36,705 nt of DNA, taken from the NCBI GenBank assembly GCA_046539845.1, contig JBKHGE010000021.1, positions 1 through 36,705 of the forward strand, in the 5' to 3' direction. Below, piece after piece: positions 28,667 to 36,705 of this stretch. The translations under genes were made by a program, and so were the position numbers. The notes under the pieces were generated by a model. That model did not search any database. It saw nothing but the letters and a program-made list of their open reading frames with translations, and was not told the DNA's origin. Every line of letters starts with the position of its first letter. Position 1 is the stretch's first letter. The DNA comes from Desulfonatronovibrionaceae bacterium (GTDB lineage Bacteria; Desulfobacterota; Desulfovibrionia; Desulfovibrionales; Desulfonatronovibrionaceae).

Positions 28667-31267
28667 ATGGCTTTTTCTCCCCTAGCCCGGAAAAGAGCTC
28701 TTCAGGACGGACCGTTGATTGCCGGCCGGTACATAGCCTCGGCAGTCCTGATCCTGGCCGGCCTGGAAGTTTTGAGCGCCTATGACTTTTTGCTCTTTCA
28801 CACCGTTGCCGAAATATTCAGCATTGTGATCGCCGGATGCGTGTTCATCATCTCCTGGAACTCCAGGGACAACGTGGACAGCAGCGCCATCCCCTTTCTG
28901 GGCCTGGCCTTTCTGAGCATCGCTATTCTGGACGGTCTGCACACCTTAAGCTACAAGGGCATGCCCTTCTTTCCTGATTTTAACGCCAATCTGCCTACCC
29001 AGCTGTGGATAGCCACCCGCTATCTGGAGGCCTTGTCCTTTTTGGCCTTTGCCCTACTCATGGGCAGACGCTTTTCCCTGCGGCTGCCCGCCCTGGGGTA
29101 TGCCGCACTCACCGCGCTGATAATCGCTTCCGTGTTTACCCGCGTTTTCCCGGACTGTTACATCCCGGGTCAGGGACTCACTGGATTCAAGATCGGCAGC
29201 GAATACTTGATCTGCGCCTTTCTTGTCCTGGCCATGGCCATTATGCACAAAAAAAGAAAGCTCTGGGACAGGCAAGTCTATCTGCTTTTAACCTTCGGGC
29301 TGGCCACTACCATTCTGGCCGAGCTGGCCTTCACCTTTTACGTCAGCGTATACGGGCTCTCCAACCTTATCGGGCACTATTTCAAGATCGTATCCTTCTA
29401 TCTCATCTACAAGGCAGTGGTGGCCACCGGCATCTCCCAGCCCCAGGCCCTTCTTTTCCGCAGACTCCAAGAGAGTGAGGACAGATACGAATCCTTGACC
29501 CGGAACATACAGGGCATAATCTTTAGGGGTGATCTTGATTTCAGGATCGTTTATCTCCGGGGACAGGTCCGGGAGATAACCGGATACAGCTCCGGGGAGT
29601 TCGAGCGCGGGGACCTGCTCTGGAGTCAGATCATGCACCCGGACGACCTGGAGGAGATCGCCGGGTCCAAAGAGCAAAAAGACCTGCTCACCCGGGCCGG
29701 ATACGGTACCAGCCGGGAATACCGCATATATATAAGTCAAAACGAGATCCGCTGGCTGCACGAGACCATCCATAATGTCCCGGATACATCCGGGAACCCG
29801 GCCTATACGGAAGGGGTCATCCTGGATATAACTGAAAAAAAGCGGGCCGAGGAGACCGTGTCCAGACAGGCCGACCTCGTAAACTCCCTATTGAACGCCA
29901 TCCAGGAATCAGCACTACTACTAGACCGCAGCGGGAGCATACTACACGGGAATTCCACCCTGGCCGAGCGCTGGCAGACACAGACAGAGGGCCTTATCGG
30001 CCGCAAATTCTCGGATTTTTTGCCCCCTGAAACGGCTACAAAATAGCAGCAAGCCATACACCGGCTTTTGCAGAGCGGGCAGGGAACGGTGCTGGAGAAG
30101 ACGGTTTCCGGCCGGAGCATAGAATACCGCTTTTACCCGGTCAAAGACTCCCGGGGCAGCGATATCTACGGAGTGACAGTACTCGGATTCGATATCACCG
30201 AGCGTAAAAACCGGGAGCTGGAGCTGAACAAGCTTAGATTGTCCGTGGAAAACAGCCCCATGTCCATTGTTATCACCGACACCGAAGGGACTATTGAATA
30301 CGTCAACCCCGCTTTTTGCTCCATAACCGGGTACAGCCGGGAAGAGGCTTTGGGCCAGAATCCAAGGATACTCAAGTCCGGACAGCATGAGGACGAATTC
30401 TACAGCGGAATGTGGCAGACCATTACCTCCGGTCGCACCTGGCGGGGAGAGATCTGCAACCAAAAGAAAAGCGGGGATCTCTTCTGGGAACAAGCGGCCA
30501 TCTCCCCGGTTATAAATGAAAGCGGCCGGGTGACCAATTATGTGGCGGTAAAAGAGGACATCTCCCAGAAAAAGGACCTAGAAAGGCTCAAAGCGGATGT
30601 GGACCGCATCATGCGCCATGATCTAAAGTCCCCTCTAAACGGTATTATCGGCCTGCCCCAGATCCTGGAGGAGGACAGCAACCTAAACGAGGAGCAAAGA
30701 GAAATCCTGCGCGGCATAGAGCAATCCGGCCGCAAGATGCTGAACATGATCAACCTCTCTTTGGACATGTTCAAGATGGAGATGGGCAGCTATGAATATC
30801 ACCCCCAGGAGGTCAACGTCCCGAATGTCCTGCGGGAAATCTTGTCCGACAACCGCTCCAGGCTGGCTGCCTCCGGACTCACGGCGGGACTGTATCTAAA
30901 TGGCAGGCCGCTCAAAGATGAAGAAGACTTTGTCCTCTGGTCCGAGGAACGGCTTTTGTACAATCTGCTCTCCAACCTGTTCTTAAACGCTGTGGAGGCT
31001 GCGCCGCAGGATACGGAAATCAGGATAGAGGTAAGGGATCTTAACCCGGCAGTCATCAGTGTGGCCAATACCGGGGCGGTGCCCCCGGAAATCAGAGACA
31101 GCTTCTTTGAGAAATACACCACCCACGGCAAGAGATCCGGGACCGGATTGGGTACTTACTCGGCAAGGCTTATCGCACAGACCATGGGCTACGATATATG
31201 CATGCACACCTCGGAGCGGGAAGACTGGACCCGGGTTGAGCTGTACATCCCCACGGAGAATCAGTAA
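28667..31267 (+). pseudogene. MASE3-PAS-PAS-PAS histidine kinase interrupted by one in-frame TAG (30044-30046)
   Basis: MASE3-like membrane domain (LLFHTVAEIFSI, HTLSYKGM, GHYFK); ORFs 28667-30046 and 30068-31267 share a frame; RHDLKSPLNG, NAVEA, GTGLG. Confidence 0.8.
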
Positions 31268-31476
31268 TGGGACGCTGGCTGATAATTGCGGGACTGGTCC
31301 TGGCCACAGCCGGGGTGGTCCTCCACTTCGCCCCCTGGCTTGTGGGCTGGTTCGGGAGACTTCCGGGAGATATCCGGCTGGAGACGGAAAGGACAAAGGT
31401 CTTTATCCCTATAACCTCAATGCTCATCTTGAGTATTGTCTTGAGCATTGTTTTCAATCTGTTCTTCAGGCGCTGA
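31267..31476 (+). CDS. Small two-TM membrane protein (DUF2905-like)
   Basis: GRLPGDI and FIPITSMLILS signature; TAATG coupling to the upstream gene. Confidence 0.85.
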   Translation: MGRWLIIAGLVLATAGVVLHFAPWLVGWFGRLPGDIRLETERTKVFIPITSMLILSIVLSIVFNLFFRR

Positions 31477-31509
31477 TCCGGGGCAGACTACTGCTTCTGC
31501 CCCTTCCTT

Positions 31510-32916
31510 TCACCCGGCCTGTTCCTCCAGATATCTGTACAGTGTACGACGGCCGATCCCCAACAAAGCGGCGGCCCGGCGTTTGTTCCCTCCGCACTGT
31601 TTTAGGACATAGTGGATATACCGTCCCTTGAGCTCCTCCAGACTGGGCAGGGTGCTCCCTTGTAGCAGGACGGCCTCTCCACCGGCTTGTGGCTCCCTGA
31701 CCTTGGCATCCGGGATAGAGATCTCGTCTTTGTGCATACGCTCCGGCAGATCCTGGGGGGTGATCCAGCTGCCGCGACAAAAGGTTGCCGCCCTCTCCAC
31801 CGCATTCTGTAGCTCGCGGACGTTGCCCGGATAGGAATAGCCGCGCAAAACATCCAGGGCTGCATCGGAAAACCCCCGTATACCGCGGTTGAGGCGGGCA
31901 TTACAGCGATGAAGAAAAACAGCGGCCAAAAACTCGGCATCGTCCTCGCGCTCCCGCAACGGAGGCACCCTCAAAGTGAATGTCTCCAGTCTGTAGAAAA
32001 GGTCCTCCCGGAAATTGCCGGCCGCGATCTCTTCCTCCAGGTCCCTGTTGGTGGCTGCGATTATCCGCACATCTGTATCCACTTCCTTGTCGCTGCCCAC
32101 CGGCCGAATTCGCCCGTCCTGCAAAACCCGCAGGAGCTTGGCCTGCATGGACAGAGGCATCTCCGATATCTCGTCCAGAAAAATGGAGCCGCCGTGAGCC
32201 TCGGAAAAAAGCCCCTTGCGCTGTCTGGAGGCCCCGGTAAACGCCCCGGCCACATGCCCGAAAAGCTCCGATTCCAAAAGCTCCGGGGGGATACCGGCAC
32301 AATTCAAGACTACCAAAGGGGCCTTGCCGGAGGCTCCCTCCTCGTGTACCGCCCGGGCCGCCAGCTCCTTGCCTGTTCCACTCTCACCGACGATCAAAAC
32401 CGGCCCCCGGGCATAGGCCATCTGCCTTATCTGCTGGACCAAGGTCTGCATGGCCCGGCTCTGACCGAGGATCCCGTGGAAATGCCCCTCGCTCAGCAAT
32501 TCCCGGTAGCTCTTTACCTCCTCGCGCAGCCGCCTGTTTTCCAGGGTCCTTTGGACACACAGTACCAGCTGGTCCAGGTCCAGGGGCTTGGTCAGAAAAT
32601 CGTCCGCCCCGGTCTTCAGCGCCTCCACCGCCTGGGGCACGGACCCGAAAGCGGTGATCATCACGAAGCCGGGCCGCGGGGAATGCCGCCGCGTATCACG
32701 CAAGAGCTGCATGCCGTCGTCACCCGGGAGTTTAAGATCGCAGAGTATAAGATCCGGGGTATTACTGTTCAGCCACTTCCGGGCCTGCTCCGCGCTGTTT
32801 ACTCCGGTTGCGGTATATCCGGCGTCAATTAGTTCGTCCTGCAGGAGCTGACTCAATCCGGAGTCATCCTCAACCACCAGGACCACTTCACCAAAGGAAT
32901 CAGACCCCTTGTCCAT
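31510..32916 (-). CDS. Sigma54-dependent response regulator (NtrC/ZraR family; REC-AAA+-Fis HTH)
   Basis: VEDD, CDLKLP, GESGTGKE, GAFTGA, FLDEI, FREDLFYRL, GNKRRAAALLGIGRRTLYR. Confidence 0.95.
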   Translation of the reverse strand: MDKGSDSFGEVVLVVEDDSGLSQLLQDELIDAGYTATGVNSAEQARKWLNSNTPDLILCDLKLPGDDGMQLLRDTRRHSPRPGFVMITAFGSVPQAVEALKTGADDFLTKPLDLDQLVLCVQRTLENRRLREEVKSYRELLSEGHFHGILGQSRAMQTLVQQIRQMAYARGPVLIVGESGTGKELAARAVHEEGASGKAPLVVLNCAGIPPELLESELFGHVAGAFTGASRQRKGLFSEAHGGSIFLDEISEMPLSMQAKLLRVLQDGRIRPVGSDKEVDTDVRIIAATNRDLEEEIAAGNFREDLFYRLETFTLRVPPLREREDDAEFLAAVFLHRCNARLNRGIRGFSDAALDVLRGYSYPGNVRELQNAVERAATFCRGSWITPQDLPERMHKDEISIPDAKVREPQAGGEAVLLQGSTLPSLEELKGRYIHYVLKQCGGNKRRAAALLGIGRRTLYRYLEEQAG

Positions 32917-34459
32917 TCGCGTCCTCCTTGTTTCCGCAATCCGGATCCAACCGTGTTCCTTTCCCGGGAGCCTCAGACGCTGCTGAATCCGCCTCGTAGT
33001 TTCCCCGATAAAGCGGGATACGGACCACGAACTCAGCTCCTCCCCAGGGGCTGTCCCCTATGTACATATCCCCGTTGTGCTCCTCCACAATCCCGTGTAC
33101 CACTGCCAGTCCCAGTCCGGTCCCCTCTCCCGGGGCCTTGGTGGTAAAAAAAGGATCACAGACCCGGGAACGTATCCCCGAATCTATACCCGGACCGTCG
33201 TCTTGTATCGTAAATATGCAGTACTTCTGGTCGCAATCCCATTTCAAAGCCACTCGTCCTTCAGAAGTCGCCTGCAGGGAATTTTTGAGCAGATTGACCA
33301 GCAGCTGTTCCAGGCGGACCGGATCTCCTTCCAGCCTGCACTCAACACCCGGAGAGCCGAATTGGATATCCTTCCGGGCATGAGCAGTATGCATGGTCAC
33401 GCTCTGAATCGCCTTGCGGGCAATCTGATCCGGATTTACCTGCCGCGGATTGGAGATGTTCTGGCGACCAAAATCCAAAAGCTGTCTGACTATGGATTCC
33501 ATGCGCCGGACTTGGTTCCGGATATGCTCCAGGCTGTTTTCGATCTGATCAGGGAGGGCGGGCAACCGGCGGACCCGCTGGGCGTATCCGTCCACAATGG
33601 ACAAAGGGGTGCCCAGTTCGTGGGCCACTCCCGAGGCCAGCCTGCCGATTGCGGCCATCTTTTCCGCCTTACGCAGCTCATCTTCCAGGCGGGCTTGTTT
33701 TTTGCGCTGCTCATCCAGCTCCTGCCGGGCCCGGTCCAGACTGTCGAGCATGGTATTGAAAGCCGAGGCCACAGCGGAAATCTCCCGCGGTCCTCTCATA
33801 TGCAGTCGATGCTTCAAATCGCCCTTTTCCACCCGCCGCATGGAGCGGCTCAGGTTATCCAGATGCCGGCCCAGGGCCCGCCGGTGTCCAAAAAGGACCA
33901 AGAGGGTCATACTCAAGGCGCCTGCACCCAAAATAAACGCGAACTCCAGACGCAGGTGCCGGATATACTCCTGGAACTCGGATTTCTTGCGGGACAGGCG
34001 CAAAAGGCCGATACTCTGACCGCCGGGTTCTGTCAGGGGCAAAAAATAGGTATAGGCCTCTGTTCCGCCGACTTTCCCGTACTTCTCCTGGCGGTCGCCT
34101 TCCTCGGCCAGTTCAGCCATTTGGCTGCCGTCATTCCTAACAGGGGTCTCCTGCGCCCCGACCGAGGCCACCTTGTTCCCGTCTGCGTCATACACCGAGG
34201 CCCCGTAGACCCTGTTTATCTGAAAAGCAGACTCCAAAGCGCTGTATACGCTACCTTCCCGGTCCCTCTTCAGGGCGTGGCTCACAGGGAGCTTTAGCGC
34301 CCGGGCCACAAGCTGCACTTCCTCCTGCATCCTTTCTTCGGCACGTTTTTCCACAGTGGTCAGATAGGCATATCCGGCCACGGCCAAGGCCATCACCAGA
34401 GGGACAATCACATAGACAAGAAGGGCCTGAAGAAGGCTATATCTGAAACACAAGCGCAT
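32900..34459 (-). CDS. Membrane HAMP-domain sensor histidine kinase, cognate of the sigma54 regulator
   Basis: Two TM helices around a periplasmic domain, HAMP, AHELGTPL, NLLKNS, DDGPGI, GTGLGL; 17-nt overlap with the regulator; start set at ATG 34459. Confidence 0.92.
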   Translation of the reverse strand: MRLCFRYSLLQALLVYVIVPLVMALAVAGYAYLTTVEKRAEERMQEEVQLVARALKLPVSHALKRDREGSVYSALESAFQINRVYGASVYDADGNKVASVGAQETPVRNDGSQMAELAEEGDRQEKYGKVGGTEAYTYFLPLTEPGGQSIGLLRLSRKKSEFQEYIRHLRLEFAFILGAGALSMTLLVLFGHRRALGRHLDNLSRSMRRVEKGDLKHRLHMRGPREISAVASAFNTMLDSLDRARQELDEQRKKQARLEDELRKAEKMAAIGRLASGVAHELGTPLSIVDGYAQRVRRLPALPDQIENSLEHIRNQVRRMESIVRQLLDFGRQNISNPRQVNPDQIARKAIQSVTMHTAHARKDIQFGSPGVECRLEGDPVRLEQLLVNLLKNSLQATSEGRVALKWDCDQKYCIFTIQDDGPGIDSGIRSRVCDPFFTTKAPGEGTGLGLAVVHGIVEEHNGDMYIGDSPWGGAEFVVRIPLYRGNYEADSAASEAPGKGTRLDPDCGNKEDANGQGV

Positions 34460-34782
34460 AATTTTCCCACCTCTTTTTCCGGATCCTAAACGCAGGGGCA
34501 AAGGCCGTTTCCACCGGGTGCCTTCCCAAGATAAGCCTAAGGCCAGACGCTGACCCCGGAATTAAGGGCAATATTTAAGACCCGGCCCTAAACAGGGAAC
34601 CAAAACAGGTGCATGCAAATTTTGTGTCCTTAAACCAATATGCCCCTTTCCTGCCGGCCCGGTCGGTTGCAAGCCGGGACCAAAGCTTTAAAGACACGGC
34701 TTTCTTTACCTGCAACCACCTGAGTACTAATACACCTTTTATCCGGACTTTGGGCTGCAATCAGCCCCACAAACTTAACACA

Positions 34783-34829
34783 TGTGTCAAAATTATACAA
34801 TAAAACACCCCCAGTGTCCTCCGCTCACA
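34783..34829. promoter_or_regulatory. Candidate tandem enhancer (UAS) sites for the sigma54 activator
   Basis: TGTGTCAAAATTATACA (34783-34799) and AGTGTCCTCCGCTCACA (34813-34829): two 17-bp GTGTC...ACA imperfect palindromes with 30-bp periodicity. Confidence 0.5.
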
Positions 34830-34842
34830 GGCCTGCTTAGTG

Positions 34843-34855
34843 CAAGATACTGATT
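34843..34855 (-). promoter_or_regulatory. IHF binding site
   Basis: AATCAGTATCTTG matches WATCAR-N4-TTR and lies between the UAS candidates and the -24/-12 element. Confidence 0.55.
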
Positions 34856-34892
34856 TAGCAGCATAATACCAAAAAGGAGATCAAGATTTTTT

Positions 34893-34908
34893 TGGCACAC
34901 GTGATGCA
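34893..34908 (+). promoter_or_regulatory. Sigma54 (-24/-12) promoter
   Basis: TGGCACACGTGATGCA, with exact GG-N10-GC spacing, 56 nt before ATG 34965. Confidence 0.8.
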
Positions 34909-34964
34909 AAGGGGAGATAACATCAGATATCTTTTAACCGTCCAAAACAAAGGAGACCTTAAAG

Positions 34965-35369
34965 ATGGACAAACAAGGAAAAACATTGGCTGTAAACTTG
35001 AAGCTGGTCCTGGCCTTCAGCCTGCTCATGGTCTTGTGCGCGGCCGGCATGGCCCAGGCCCAAGATGACGCGGAAGGAATGGAAGGACAGGAGGCCCCGG
35101 CTGAGGTGTCGGACTCTGAGGCCAACGATTTTGCCGAGGCGTTTAACGCCATCCGCCAGATTCAGGAGGAGTTCACCCAGGAAGCCCAGGGTATTGAAGA
35201 CGACTCTGAAATCAGGGAGCTACAGCAGACATATGAAGACAAAATGATCAAGGAAGTGGAGAACAAGGGGCTTACCGTGCAGAGATACAACGAAATAGCC
35301 CAGGCTATGCAGCAGGACGAAGACCTGCGCCAGAAGATCGAAGGCAAGATGTCCGAGATGGGAGAATAA
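34965..35369 (+). CDS. Secreted acidic helical protein (DUF4168-like)
   Basis: AAGGAG RBS; signal peptide ending AQA; VSDSEANDFAEA and GLTVQRYNEIAQAMQQDEDL pattern. Confidence 0.8.
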   Translation: MDKQGKTLAVNLKLVLAFSLLMVLCAAGMAQAQDDAEGMEGQEAPAEVSDSEANDFAEAFNAIRQIQEEFTQEAQGIEDDSEIRELQQTYEDKMIKEVENKGLTVQRYNEIAQAMQQDEDLRQKIEGKMSEMGE

Positions 35370-35397
35370 AAAGACACAGCATCATCCCCTCCATTAG

Positions 35398-35437
35398 AGC
35401 CCGTTTCTGTCCGCCCGCGGACAGAAACGGGCTTTTT
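35398..35437 (+). terminator. Rho-independent terminator
   Basis: 16-bp perfect stem AGCCCGTTTCTGTCCG/CGGACAGAAACGGGCT, 4-nt loop, T-run; lies between convergent genes. Confidence 0.85.
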
Positions 35438-35491
35438 CGTGCTTGCTGGCGCGGCAGATCTAATGCCTGCAAACAGGCCGGATAGCAGACA

Positions 35492-36223
35492 TCAATTTGA
35501 GCCCATGCTTACCTTCCATTTTTCCCATACCCGGCCGACGAGCTCCGGACCGGGGGTAAGCATCGTTTTGCCCGGAGCCCATCCTGAAGGCGTGGCCCGA
35601 GTCCCCCCGCTTTCCCGCACCGCCTGAAAGGCCTGAAGCTGTCGCAGGCTCTCGGAGACATTCCTGCCCACCGGCGGGGAAAGGACCTCGTAACCCTGAA
35701 TAACCCCGTCCGGATCAATCAAGAAGCGTCCGCGGACATCCACTCCGCTTTCCGGATCATACACGCCGTATACCTCCCCGACCCTGCCCCCTCCGTCGGA
35801 AAGCATGGGAAAAGGAATGGTCCCGGAAGAAGTCATCTTGGAGAGCTCATGATCCACCCACATCTTGTGCACGAACACGCTGTCCACGCTCATGGACAGG
35901 ACCTGGACGCCAAGCTTTTCAAACTCGCTGTTCTTCTCGGCGACCGCCGAGATCTCTGTGGCTCAAACAAAGGTAAAATCACCGGGGTAAAAACAAAGCG
36001 ACACCCACTTTCCCAAATAATCCGACAACTTGACCGAGATAAATTCCCCGTTGAAATATGCCGGGGCACCAAAATCAGCTGCCTTCTGACCAACCTGTAA
36101 CATGGATTTTCCTCCTTTATTGTCCTGCGCAACTCTCTCTTCATCGTCCGGCGTCTCGTCCGAAGAACCGACTGGTCTGCCTGTGGGGCGAGCGCAACCA
36201 AAACTTTCCTTTTTTCCGGCCAT
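35492..36223 (-). CDS. prxU: Selenocysteine-containing peroxiredoxin (AhpC/TSA family, PrxU-type)
   Basis: [15 protein letters not shown] places UGA (35963-35965) at the peroxidatic Cys position; the frame continues into [26 protein letters not shown]-like hairpin follows. Confidence 0.92.
35935..35952 (-). promoter_or_regulatory. Bacterial SECIS element
   Basis: TCTCGGC-GGTC-GCCGAGA hairpin starting 10 nt after the UGA, with a G-starting apical loop 17 nt from the UGA. Confidence 0.8.
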
Positions 36224-36579
36224 AAACACCCTCCTTTGCTTGCTTACAAAAATCATGTCCTGGCCCATAACTGGAGACATTGCTTTAAATTTATCCTAAT
36301 TTTTGGTTGCCCAAAAGGCAAACAAAATCCACAAAAAACCGGTCCAAAAAGCAAGAGATGCCGTGTCTAATCCGTGGCTTCCCGGGACTTAAAACGGATA
36401 CAGCGGTCCGGCCTTAAGGCTCTCAATAGCGGTAAAGGGGGTATAAGGATAAAATTTACGTCACGTATGGATAATTACGTTTAGGGCTCGAACTTTTACT
36501 GCCCCGCCTCTTTTGGTTTTCAGCCGCCTGGAGTGCTAGGATTTTGCAGCAATCGCTCGTGTATTAATTTTATCATCAT

Positions 36580-36705
36580 GCGCCGTAAGACCCCTTCCTT
36601 CAGGTAGGGAATATAAGGCGCTTTCCAAGGTCTTTTTTGAAGGGAAAAGCCTTGGAAACTATTCTCCCCTCTGCTGTTCTACATATTGCCGAATGACTGA
36701 TATGG
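36580..36705 (+). mobile_element. Probable IS200/IS605-family element end (truncated by the window)
   Basis: GCGCCGTAAGACCCCTTCCTTCAGGTAGGGAATATAAGGCGC resembles the subterminal hairpin of IS605-group ends (recalled pattern); second hairpin at 36622-36658; possible ATG at 36693. No transposase visible. Confidence 0.5.

Noticed and set aside
35890..36280. Reading the peroxiredoxin as a nonsense pseudogene or two separate genes
   Set aside because: The UGA sits exactly at the catalytic residue and is followed by a SECIS-like hairpin.
1..36705. CRISPR array, integrase, prophage or defence genes
   Set aside because: No repeat-spacer array and no cas, recombinase, phage or defence motifs recognised by eye.

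Overview
GC-rich bacterial chromosome segment. Gene content and protein style suggest a sulfate-reducing Deltaproteobacterium (Desulfovibrionales-like), probably halo-adapted; this is an inference. From left to right: (i) a stand-alone CheY-like regulator; (ii) a minus-strand chemosensory cluster (STAS, cheA, MCP, cheW, REC-PP2C, RsbW-like kinase, cheB, cheR) with an embedded partner-switching module and a receptor carrying an apparently periplasmic CZB zinc site; (iii) a divergent REC-GAF-PAS-GGDEF(degenerate)-EAL gene, purQ, tadA and an overlapping tRNA-Ser(CGA); (iv) an accessory-looking stretch with an RND efflux operon, an orphan PAS kinase, an MscS channel, a deleted and frameshifted hybrid kinase, a BCCT transporter and a MASE3-PAS kinase with an in-frame TAG; (v) a sigma54 two-component pair divergent from a secreted acidic DUF4168-like gene, with -24/-12, IHF and tandem activator-like sites; (vi) a selenocysteine peroxiredoxin (UGA plus SECIS) with two strong start sites; (vii) a probable IS200/IS605 end at the right edge. 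All domain calls come from motif recognition by eye; no database searches were run.
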